From Mobula hypostoma (lineage: Eukaryota), in NCBI RefSeq assembly GCF_963921235.1, contig NC_086097.1, positions 112,408,001 to 112,472,000 of the forward strand: DNA of 64,000 bases. The letters are read 5' to 3'. The notes under the pieces were generated by a model. The model had not been told where the DNA came from, ran no database searches, and worked only from the letters and a program-made list of their open reading frames with translations. This document shows, in pieces, positions 13,917 to 25,170 of this stretch (position 1 is its first letter; each line of letters begins with the position of its first letter). The position numbers were made by a program, and so were the translations under genes.

Positions 13917-14224
13917 AACAGCATCTCCTAACGTAGGACATGTCAAATCTTGAAATGCAAGCAGAAAATCACAGACATACACTTAGTGGTTTCTTCTTTA
14001 GGAGGTACTTAATAAAGTGATATATCTATAAGAGTATCTCTGTAATAAGTTTAAACATTGGAAGATGCACTGAAAAACTGTTATCATGGTATCCCAATTT
14101 AAATAAAGATAATAGAAAAACTAGTTTGGCATTGAGTTTGGAATCCAAACAACTGTTGGAGAATAAGATGACACAGATATTTTAGTGGCTGAGACACTAA
14201 AGTCTGCCACCCAGCTCATCCTAC

Positions 14225-14260
14225 CTGACTCCCAGATCTCTGCTTCTGGACTATCTTCCT
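14225..14260 (-). CDS. Candidate 36-nt cassette micro-exon of an unidentified host gene (phase-1 reading EEDSPEAEIWES)
   Basis: Minus strand: long polypyrimidine tract 'ctttgttttctttccttgctgtcttcttttcatttAG', 36-nt exon, donor 'cag|GTAGGA'; lies in a repeat-free island. Confidence 0.55.
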
Positions 14261-14652
14261 CTAAATGAAAAGAAGACAGCAAGGAAAGAAAACAAAGAAT
14301 GCAAACAGAATGATGATGTATAAATAAATATAGTTGAACTATATTATAGTTCAACTATAGTTGGATTAGTATCAAATTAAAATGTCCAGCAATATAAGCA
14401 TGGCTGAAAGAGATGTTCATAGCAAAGTTGCCCATAAAAATAATTAGCCAAATACACCTCTTGCATAATTTTTACACTTTCATATAATACCAAAATGCAA
14501 TTTCTATTTATGTTGTTCTTAAATCTTCCTATAAAGTTGTTACATCTTCAGATGTCTTTTTGAGAAATAAACTTATTCTGCCATACTCATGTTGTGATCT
14601 TAAATGAAACACATGGGAATTTTAGGTCAGAAAAGAAGTTCCGGCAACTTAC

Positions 14653-14694
14653 TTATTTAAAGCATTTGTTTATAAGAATGCACAGTGTATTTTA
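14653..14694 (-). other. Candidate 42-nt stop-containing (poison or alternative C-terminal) exon
   Basis: Minus strand acceptor 'cttctcttttccccctttcaAG' and donor 'GTAAGT'; stops in all three frames (phase 1 gives VKYTVHSYKQML*). Confidence 0.35.
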
Positions 14695-14801
14695 CTTGAA
14701 AGGGGGAAAAGAGAAGCACCAACAAAAATACACTAGAAGCAATATAAGTTGTTATCTATTCAGATGAATACACTAGGAGGAAAGAATATAAAGAGGCAGA
14801 C

Positions 14802-14834
14802 CTGAATTTCTCCCCTTGGGTGATTCCAACTTTT
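14802..14834 (-). CDS. Candidate 33-nt cassette micro-exon (phase-1 reading EKLESPKGRNS)
   Basis: Minus strand acceptor 'ctttgtcctgcatttttgtgatcacAG', weak donor 'cag|GTCTGC'; YCAY cluster upstream. Confidence 0.4.
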
Positions 14835-15969
14835 CTGTGATCACAAAAATGCAGGACAAAGATAATGAGGATGAGCATGAGTGATGTTTTCAAAAGACGA
14901 AAACAAAACTGATGGAAATAGACTAATGGTGGGATTCGTCTGACACTTTTCAGAAACAAGTGCTAGTATAACTGGAATACCAAAGGGATAGATTGGCTTT
15001 GGGAATGAAAGAGACCCACAAGTAGGCAAATAAACAGAGTTTCTGTAGATGCTCAATGGGCAGCATCAACCCTTCTTATTCAAATAAAGTCAAGGTTGGT
15101 GCTGTAATAAAGGTTGTAAATTAGCAGCCATTGACACTTCTGTGTAGATTTACTTTGGTTTTGATTTATGCTATCACTCTTTTCTTTCAAATGTTTCATA
15201 TTTGCCGACTATCTTTAAACATGTGAAGCTTAAGATAAGTTTTGATTTGAAGTCTAGATGTTAATGTAGCAGTAGGAAACTGAAGTACATTTGTCCCAGA
15301 GCATATAATGACATGAAATGAGCAACCCATTAAAATATCAGCCTGATTCCCATGCTTTTATTGAAGATTAAATGTGGAAATTTATGAGGCTCACTTTTGT
15401 CTCAAGATTCTTTGAAGATCAATCTATCATTTCTAATATATGTAATGTAATTTAAAATATTACATAAGTTTGACAAAGCTAAAACAACCAATCAATGTGG
15501 CTGAAATTCTCATCTGAAACTCCATCCCTCTTTGCAAAACTATATTCCGTGATGCAGTAATTAAGTTAGTTATTATGCAACATTATGGTTAGTCTGCAAT
15601 CTGTTGTACAGATCTTTTAAAATTAATGCAGTATATATATATATATATATATAGTTAATACTGTATTAAGAAGTGATACTGTGCAACAGAGTATTCATCA
15701 TCATTTTTTAAAATATCTTTTGATATAAAAAGCACAGATTAAAAAGCTTTCGGTGATATTTGGCTCACAATTGATGAATTATTTGTTTTTAGTTTCTATT
15801 TTGAAAAAGTATTCATAACAAAAATCAAACTATATTTGTGTAATTCCTTATGGTATTGCAGGTCAACAGGTTTAATGGAAGTGAGTCGGGCTTTTAATTA
15901 TCAAGCTGTTAAGAAAGTAGTAATGAAAATTTACTTGCTGCTTTAAGTGCTGTCAGCAAACAACTTAGC

Positions 15970-16240
15970 ACTAGATTGAACTGAGCTGAAACTGAACATC
16001 CCAGGACTGTTTTGTTGACTTTGTGTTATGATGTTTTATATTCTATGCTTTTTGCTTGTTTTTTTTTTGGCCAGTTGCATGATGTGTTCTTTTCTTGCCT
16101 GATGGGGGTTTGATATTTTTCTTTGAACGGATTCCACGTTTTTTCTTTGTTTTGTGGCTGTCTGTGAGGAAGATGAATCTCGGGATTGTATACTGCATGC
16201 ATACTTCGATAATAAATATACTTTGAATCATTTGAATCCT
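15970..16240 (+). mobile_element. Non-autonomous element with a LINE-like 3' tail
   Basis: Ends 'ataataaatatactttgaatcatttga'; the same tail occurs at 47650-47755. Confidence 0.55.
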
Positions 16241-16429
16241 TAAATCAGAACTGCTGTTCTTGTATTAATCGGACAAGTTAAAGCATTGTAAGTGAACAGA
16301 TTGCCTAAGAGATCTGTAATATCATTGATGACAAAATCACATCTTCTAGCATTAGATTCCAGCTTTAATTTGTGTTCTTACCCCAATTCCCACATTAGGA
16401 TTATGCTATAGGATGGAATGGATGCAGTA

Positions 16430-16760
16430 TGGGCGTACTGTGGTACAGTAAATAGTCTCACAGTAACACAGACTCGGGTTCAGTCCCGATTTCCAAAATT
16501 GTCCGTGTGGAGTTTGCACACTCTCTCTGTGACCATTTGGATTATCTGCAGATGTTTCTGTTTTTTCCCACATCCCAAAGGCAGGCCTTTGAAAATTGCT
16601 TAGTGCGTGGGTGGTAGAATCTGAGGTGTGTTTATGTCAAAAAATGGTGTGGGGAGAAAAATTAATGGATTTAATGTAGGGTTAGTATAAATGTGTAGTT
16701 GATGGTTGGCACAGATTCAATGAGCCAACAGGTATGTTTCCTATACCTCCCTATGACTTT
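16430..16760 (+). mobile_element. tRNA-derived V-SINE-like element
   Basis: B-box-like 'gggttcagtccc', V-domain-like 'tgtggagtttgcacactctc...gtgacc', CR1-like tail. Confidence 0.7.
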
Positions 16761-18717
16761 ATGCCTCGACAATCATAAAACTATTTGAAGAATCATTCCC
16801 ATGTTGCAACATACAATCATAACACTAGGAAAATGAGATAAAGTGCTTATTATAAGTACTAGTTCTACCTTTAACCTGACTTATTAAGAATAATGGAAGT
16901 TTATTATGTTGCATTCTTCTATCCCTCTCATTTATTAAACTAAATCCACTGCACCAAAAGGATTTTGAATCAGCTTGGTTGCCCAAATAGCTACAACTCT
17001 CTAGTTGAAGAATATTTACAGAGGAGTTTTACAAGATATACCATAGGCTGATAGTAACTTAACTGTGATTTAGAGTGATGTTCATTATTGAACTGACTCA
17101 TGCTCAGTCAAATCTGCTGACTGCATTTGGCCCACATTTTTAAAAGCTTTAAAAAGCACTATCAATCGCAAACTATAGCAGTAGACCTTCAGTTATTTGC
17201 ACCTTGAAGACTTTAAATTTTTTTTTTACCAGTTATTAAACATCATAAAAATGGTAAATCTTTAATTTTACAGTATTTACCATTCTAATTGAAAGTGATT
17301 TTACATTTCATGTTAATTTTTGCTGATTAGTATGAGCAATTTTACAACACATTTCCATGCTGGTGCAGTTTCAGTATAAAGCAGCCAGGTGTCATACAGC
17401 AGAGCTGAGCAAATTGAGTTTGCTCCTTTCTGATACCATGCCTCAGTCACAGAAGAGAATCTCACTCCATTCCTTTGATCTGGATTAGTTCCCAGAGCTG
17501 GAAAACTTCCATCCAATCCACTGCTGCTTCAACAAGTCCCAACATAAATACCAACTAGACACCCTTTTTTTAGTGGTCATTGCATATTTTGAAGTTGTTA
17601 ATACACTTGCATCTTTAGTATGTTTGATAACTGAAGTTCTATTGTATTATAATGCACAACAGAATTAACCACTTTTCGAGAATATTTGGCTCTATATACC
17701 ACAGGACAAATACAAAAATAACACAAGTGCGTTCCTACCATGCCAGATTAATTAAGCACACAGTAAAAACAGTACAGGGAAACACTTATAAGCAAATGTG
17801 TTCATACTGCACAGAGTGTAAGAGTGTTCCTAACTTGGAAAAAATAACCTCTTAGAATGCTCTCTTATAAAAGTTCTTTTATCAACCTCAGCAGCATTCT
17901 ATCATATTGGCAGTCAATACAAATGATAAAAGATCTTCTTTTACAGTATTAATTTAAACATGCATCAATTTGAATTTAGTCAGTTAAAAATGAAATGTTA
18001 TCAAAGAACTGATTGTGCAATTTCCCTTTTGAAATTCCACGTAATAAAGCTTATTTTTATATTTTGTAATAGCATCGGATGCACTAATCAAATTAAGTTA
18101 CTAGTTAAAATTTAGGTTTGAACTCTACTTCAATATTCTGATCCTCTGCCTATCTCTACATCAGAAAAATGGAATATTTATAGCTTAAATTATTGTAAGA
18201 CAGTAATTTATGAACTACATAAAGGCAAATTTACATGATACACTATGTGAGGAGAACACATCACTCATACACCCAGTATAAGAAGCATGGAACCTAAATT
18301 CCATTGCTAATTACGTAGTCTCATGCTTTTCATAGTTTTAACAGCCTGACAAACCTGGCTCAGAAAGCCGCCTCTGCTTTGACCTGTTATCAACTATTGT
18401 ACCATTCAATTTCCTTTGCTGGTCTTCCCAGGTAACTTCTAGGTAAATCAAATGGAAACATAGCAGAAAATACATTTTAAATCTAAAATAAAAGGGTTAT
18501 TTACTCATTTAAAAGTTGTAAACAAAGCCATAATTTTGCAAACATATTTGTAGAAGACATGGGAAAATTTGTATTCAAAAAAAGTAAAATCAAATGTGTT
18601 TCAGTAAGTTACTCTGTTCAGACCCTACAATGATTATAAATAACACTGAAGCAAGAGAATGGTTGAAAACAAATCTACTCTTCTGTTGTAACTTTTAACT
18701 TGAATAAGAAAGTGCTT

Positions 18718-19060
18718 GGGTAGCCGGGTAGAGATATGTCTCAACCAAAGGACGTGTAAGGCACTCCTTCCCTCTGCTGGTCTGCAGGTTACCCTTGGGC
18801 AAGTTTTAGCACCTGCTTAGCACCCCCATCAGGGTCATGTGAAGCCATGGCAGCAGGAGGTGGGTGGTCGTATGAGCATCTGGTGCACATCACAAGTTCT
18901 TGTTACACATCCACTGATGCCAGGCAGACAATCTCTGAACATTATTGATAATATCTGGGGTCACCCGTCTTGTAGAGATGCTGCCCAGAAGAAGGAATAG
19001 GCAAACCACTTGTCAAGAACCATCATGGTCATGCCAGATGACATGACACCTAATTATGAT
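18718..19060 (+). mobile_element. Non-autonomous RTE-like retroposon
   Basis: Inverted homolog of 8454-8808. Confidence 0.65.
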
Positions 19061-20067
19061 AAAGGAAATGGTAGGTCTGCTGGAAAAAATGGAATTCATT
19101 ATTTTCTCCCTGCAGTGAGTCCAGAGACAAATTTGTCCAATATGTTGCCATTATAAAATTTACGTGGGCTTCTCAGACCTAAGTTTGATGCACAGTATAT
19201 GTCAATGTCAAGACTATAAACAGGCATTGTGAATTAAGGATAATTGCACAGTTCTTTACATTAGGGTTGAGTATCAGTGAACAGCCTATTAAGTGCATTG
19301 AGTAATCTATTGAGCTCTACTTAAAAAATCTGCCACTTGCAACATACTTACCATGATTATATTGGCATGCTTTTAGAGTGGGAACCTCAGGTTAGTCTTT
19401 GCAGCAACTAAAGGCAAGGTGGGGAACTCTTAAGATGATGGCAAGCACTGTATTCCCGAAACCCATAGACCCATATATATATATATATATAGGGACACCT
19501 GTTCCTATCTCAAAGAGCAATGTTACCGTGAGTTTGGGTTGACCGAGGCAGTTGCGACTGAGACGTACCTCCGAATTCAAGTCTCACAAGGGTCCCAGTT
19601 TAACCTCAAAATTATTCCAGGCAAATGTTGCTAGATATGAATATCTCAGTCCACTACTTAGCTGTGCATCAGGGTGGTCCCTGATGTATCATTTGCATGC
19701 AGAAAAGTCTCTCCACTTTTTATTTTCAAAGAGCATTTATCCCCATATAGAATTTTCTGTATTACCAATGTCCACCATGGAGATTATGATCAACTACACT
19801 CATAGATTGACTTGAGCTCCCTTCAGTACGCAGATCTCCATAGCAAAGTAATCTTTGTCCATGGGAAGGATATTGTCAAGGTCAATCTCATTGCTACTGG
19901 AAGATTATAAGACTCCTTCGTTATAAAGGAATCCACTCGGCCCAGTTTCCTGCATTGACAGCACTGCCCTGTCAATATTGAGCACCAAGAGCTTTGCAGT
20001 GGCTTCTAATTTCTATTCCTGTTGTCACTACAATGAAACCCATGGTACAAATAAGATCCAAATTTGT

Positions 20068-22778
20068 GGATGTAGGGGAGCACTTTGGTTCCAGTGATCA
20101 TAACACCATTAGTTTCAACTTAATTATAGACAAGCATAGATCTGGTCCTAGGGTTGAGGTTCTGAACTGGAAGAAGGCCAAATTTGAAGAAATGAGAAAT
20201 GATCTAAAAAACATGGATTGGGACAGGTTGTTCTCTGGCAAGGATGTGGTCGGTAAGTGGGAAGCCTTCAAAGGAGAAATTTTGAGAGTGCAGAGCTTGT
20301 ATGTTCCTGTCAGGATTAAAGGCAAAGTGAATAGGAATAAGGAACCTTGGTTCTCAAGGGATATTGCAACTCTGATAAAGAAGAAGAGAGAGTTGTATGA
20401 CATGTATAGGAAAAAGAGAATAAATAAGGTGCTTGAGGAGTATAAAAGGAGCAAGAAAATACTTAAGAAAGAAATCAGGAGGGCTAAAAGAAGACATGAG
20501 GTTGCCTTGGCAGTCAAAGTGAAGGATAATCTAAAGAGCTTTTACAGGTATATTAAGAGTAAAAGGATTGTAAGGGATAAAATTGGTCCTCTTGAAGATC
20601 AGAGTGGTCGGCTATCTGCGGACCAAAAGAAATGGGGGAGATCTTAAATGGGTTTTTTTCGTCTGTATTTACTAAGGAAACTGGCATGAAGTCTATGGAG
20701 TTAAGGGAAACAAGTAGTGAGATCATGGAAACTGTACAGATTGAAAAGGAGGAGGTGCTTGGTACCTTGAGGCAAATTAAAGTGGATAAATCCCCAGGAC
20801 CTGATGGGGTATTCTCTCGGACCTTGAAGGAGACTAGTGTTGAAATTGCAGGGGCCCTGGCAGATATATTTAAAATGTCGGTGTCTACGGGTGAGATGCC
20901 GGAGGATTGGAGAGTAGCTCATGTTGTTCCTTTGTTTAAAAAAGGATTGAAAAGTAATCCGTGAAATTACAGGCCGATAAATTTGATGTCGGTAGTAGGT
21001 AAGTTATTGGAGGGAGTACTAAGAGACAGAATCTACAAGCATTTGGATAGACAGGGACTTATTAGGGGGAGTCAACATGGCTTTGTGCGTGGTAGGTCAT
21101 GTTTGACCAATCTATTGGAGTTTTTCGAGGAGGTTACCAGGAAAGTGGATGAAGGGAAGGCAGTGGATATTGTCTACATGGACTTCAGTAAGGCCTTTGA
21201 CAAGGTCCCGCATGGGAGGTTAGTTAGGAAAATTCAGTCACTAGGTATACATGGAGAGGTGATAAATTGGATTAGACATTGGTTCAATGGAAGAAGCTAA
21301 AGAGTGGTAGTAGAGAATTGCTTCTCAGAGTGGAGGCCTGTAACTAGTGGAATGCCACAGGGATCGCATAACAGGGAGGATCTTATTGAAACATATAAAA
21401 TCCTGAAGGGATTGGACAGGCTAGATGCAGGAAGATTGTTCCTGATGTTGGGGAAGTCCAGAACGAGGGGTCACAGTCTGAGGATAAAGGGGAAGCCTTT
21501 TAGGACCGAGATTAGGAAAAACTTCTTCACACAGAGAGTGGTGAATCTGTGGAATTCTCTGTCACAGTAAACAGTTGAGGCCAGTTCATTGGCTATATTT
21601 AAGAGGGAGTTAGATATGGCCCTTGTGGCTAAAGGGATCAGGGGGTATGGAGAGAAGGCAGGTACAGGGTTCTGAGTTGGATGATCAGCCATGATCATAC
21701 TGAATTGCCGTGCAGGCTCAAAGGGCCGAATGGTCTACGCCTGCACTTATTTTCTATGTTTCTATGTTTCTATGGATCAGTGCTGGGTCCATTGTTATTT
21801 GTCATCTATATCAATGATCTGGATGATAATGTGGTAAATTGGATCAGCAACTTTGCTGATGATACAAAGATTGGAGGCGTAGTGGACAGTGAGGAAGGTT
21901 TTCAGAGCCTGCAGAGGGACTTGGACCAGCTGGAAAAATGGGCTGAAAAATGGCAGATGGAGTTTAATACAGACAAGTGTGAGGTATTGCACTTTGGAAG
22001 GACAAACCAAGGTAGAACATACAGGGTAAATGGTAGGGCACTGAGGAGTGCAGCAGAACAGAGGGTTCTGGGAATACAGATACAAAATTCCCTAAAAGTG
22101 GCGTCACAGGTAGATAGGGTCATAAAGAGAGCTTTTGGTACATTGGCCTTTATTAATCAAAGTATTGAGTATAAGAGCTGGAATGTTACGATGTGGTTGT
22201 ATAAGGCATTGGTGAGGCCGAGTCTGGAGTATTGTGTTCAGTTTTGGTCACCAAATTACAGGAAGGATATTAATAAGGTGAAAGAGTGCAGAGAAAGTTT
22301 ACAAGGATGTTGCCAGGACTTGAGAAACTGAGTTACAGAGAAAGGTGGAATAGGTTAGGACTTTATTCCCTGGAGCATAGAAGAATGAGGGGAGATTTGA
22401 TAGAGGTATATAAAATTATGATGGGTATAGATAGAGTGAATGCAAGCAGACTTTTTCCACTGAGGCAAGTGGAGAAAAAAAACCAGAGGACATGGGTTAA
22501 GGGTGAGGGGGGAAAAGTTTAAAGGGAACATTGGGGGGAGCGTCTTCACACAGAGAGTGGTGGGAGAATGGAATGAGCTGCCAGATGAGGTGGTAAATGC
22601 GGGTCCGTTTTTAACATTTAAGAATAAATTGGACAGGTACATGGATGGGAGTTGTATGGAGGGATATGGTCCGTGTGCAGGTCATTGGGACTAGGCAGAA
22701 AGTAGTTCGGCACAGCCAAGAAGGGCCAAAAGGCCTGTTTCTGTGCTGTAGTTTTTCTATGGTTTTTATGGTTTCTAT
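20068..22778 (+). mobile_element. CR1 LINE (second family), 5'-truncated, ORF2 frameshifted
   Basis: ORFs 19994..20647, 20632..20964, 20983..21300 and 21681..22331 carry SSDH, KSPGPDG, MDFSKAFDKV and FADD; tail 'tttctatggtttttatggtttctat'. Confidence 0.95.
21366..21773 (+). mobile_element. Young-type CR1 3' fragment nested in the RT of another CR1
   Basis: Splits the host motif PQG|SVLGP; ggatc duplicated at 21361-21365 and 21774-21778; (TTTCTATG)n tail. Confidence 0.9.
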
Positions 22779-24886
22779 CTGAGGAATATAGCCAGGAGAG
22801 CAGATATCAGCACAAAGAGCAGGAAAAAGACAAGAAATCACAGCAACATGATGAATGACAATGTGGCCAGAATATTTACCTGATCCTACCATCCAAATGT
22901 TAACTACCACAGAAGTAAATCCCCCATCAAGAATACCATATGGGCTTCTTGTCTACCCTATCCTGATGTATGATTGTCCATGTAGCAAAAATTAGATGAG
23001 TAAGATATTTTCACCAATGATGAAGGAGCTGAGAGAGTACAGTTTTCCTGAAAGCCATAGGAATTTTGACTGCCCACCACTGACTGTCACCAGAATGTCA
23101 TTCAAATACCCAGCAACCTTTTGTCTACTGCTTATGAATTCTGTAAACAAAAACTACAGCCACCAAAATACAGGCATTGTACATGCCTTGGATGAGAGGG
23201 TCACATTACAAGATCAAATGAAGAACATACAAGCATTTACTTATTGAATTTATTAATCAAAGCAGGTATTACCTCACAAAGATAAAATGGTGCCTTCGGG
23301 TGTTCCTACATCCATCAACATACTATCTCAATCAGTTATGAATGAATTATTACAGAATACTGATAGCCTATTGTAAATTAGCAAAAAACACTGGATTCTC
23401 ATGGTAAGTGGAGCTCTGATTACCTTTTAATTTAACCTCCGTTCTCAACAGTGATTGTGAATTCCCCCCAATGATACCTTACAAAGTTACTGGGTGGAGT
23501 TGTTCATTGCGCTCCAAAACCAAACATACTGCCTGAAGCAGTGGTGGGATACAGAAATGCTAACCTCCAAAGTGGGGACACTGTCTCATGTTCCACAATC
23601 TAAGCCTCTTACGGGGCAAGGTGGGCTAAGATTTTCTCACCGGTAGAGACCCAGACCAATACTTCTATTGCTTCAACACATCCAGTAACCCATCTGTCTG
23701 CTCGAATCCTACTCCTGTTTTCAACCGAAAGTCAGCACTCTGCTCTATCTGAGCAATAGGTTCTCTTTGTGGAAAAGCATCTTGACCCAGAGGGCATCTC
23801 CTGTCCTTGTGTAACAAATGAGTTTATCTGTGACATATCACTGTTTCTGCAGAACAACATCTCACTGTTGGTGGTATCCCCTCTGCTCATGGCTCTTGGA
23901 AAACAGCAAGTATTCTCCGTTTCTTGGAGAACAGCTATGTATTTACAGTTGGCATTAATTTGTTCTTGGAGAATGGCAATCTGCTCATGGGCAATGAAAA
24001 GATTGCCAAGCAGACAACAATTTGTTTCACAGGTGATCTTCTTTGTGCTTAGAACAGCTCAAGGAAACAATCTTTCTTGGATGGTGACAAGCTAGTCACA
24101 GCAACTGGAGGGCAACAACCTGATCACAGCCAGTGAAAGGAAGGACTGCAATGCTCCTTAAACAGGCCAATCCCTAGCTAGCACAGGGGAGCAGCTTTCG
24201 ATGAACAGGCAAGATGGACACTGTGACAAATGAAACAGATGATCCTTGGTCATTTGAGTAATTGTGGTGTGGTGTACTTGGAGAAATCAGTTTACAGGTG
24301 ACATTTCTCTTCTGCTGAAAAGCAAACTCCTTACAGGTAACACAGCTGCGCTTGATGGCAGCAATTTTCTCACTGGTGGCAACCACAGTACTCAACACTT
24401 TAGGAACAAAGCTGATCCCTGGTGACAGACAGCAGTTCTAACTGGGTTGACCTGGGCCTGCCCAGAGGCAACAAAACTACATATGGCCCTTGCTGCTGCC
24501 AACCACAGTAGATACAAGAAAATAAAGTTGTTGCCAGGCCTTAGTGCTGAAGTGAGTAGGTTAGCTGGCATGTTTTTCTAGCTTAGTCTGTCTTCCTGAA
24601 AGAGCTGGCTTTTGACATCCACTATTCTACTCGCCATCTTATCTTCTTGGTCAGGAAGTACCAAACACCTTGGTGCATATTCCTATCAGTTTTCTTATCT
24701 GAGTTCTCTTGAGTACTGACGTTTGGAACCCCACCTCTGATAGTCTGTTACATCAGCTTTCCCACAGCATCCAGTTTTCTCTCCCAGGCTACATGCCTTT
24801 TAGACATGGCTCCTTCTTGCATCTGTAAAGCCATTATCTGATAGAGTGCTGAGAAAAATAACAGTGGTATACATCATCACCAACAT

Positions 24887-25145
24887 GGGGCAGCACAGTA
24901 GCGTAGTGATTACAGTACAGGTGACCTGGGTTCAATTCCTGCCACCTTCACCCCGTGACCACGAGGGTGTTCACCAGGTGCTTCAGTTTCCTCACACATT
25001 CTGAAGACCTGCCGGTTGGAAGATTAATTGGTCATTGTAAATCGTCCTCTGATTAGGTTAGGATTAAATTAGGGATTGCTGGGTGGCGTGGCTCAAAGGA
25101 TTGGAAGGGCCTATTCCACATTATGTCTCAATAAATAAATAAATA
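24887..25145 (+). mobile_element. V-SINE-like tRNA SINE
   Basis: 'ggggcagcacagtagcgtagtg...ctgggttcaattcc' A/B boxes; (taaa)n tail. Confidence 0.75.
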
Positions 25146-25170
25146 AAGTTATCATGTTCCTTTCCTTTCT

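Larger units (their letters stand above)
8921..14030 (+). mobile_element. Tc1/mariner-like MITE split into four pieces by three CR1 insertions
   Basis: Pieces 8921-9200, 12931-12960, 13657-13676 and 13917-14030. The first, second and last match the reverse complement of the intact MITE at 30639-31047; TIR remnants at both ends. Confidence 0.7.
19450..24860 (-). mobile_element. Very degraded L1/Tx1-like LINE relic, interrupted by the CR1 at 20068-22778
   Basis: Manual minus-strand translation gives L1-endonuclease-like motifs in the expected order: 'FLMGD(F)' ~22925, 'GRVDSFITK' ~19930, 'ETFLHANDTSGTT' ~19700. The outer extent is a guess. Confidence 0.4.

Noticed and set aside
15632..15653. 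(TA)n microsatellite (another at ~19473-19491)
   Set aside because: Ordinary simple repeats.
19740..19800. 'MVDIGNTE' (and 'MGFGNTV' at ~19460) resembling Tudor-domain VDYGN motifs on the minus strand
   Set aside because: No other Tudor residues are in frame, and neighbouring motifs fit an L1/Tx1 relic better.
22780..22860. Hydrophobic minus-strand stretch resembling hepadnavirus surface protein
   Set aside because: No overlapping polymerase motifs (YMDD, SLDVSAAFYH) found; explained by pyrimidine-rich composition.
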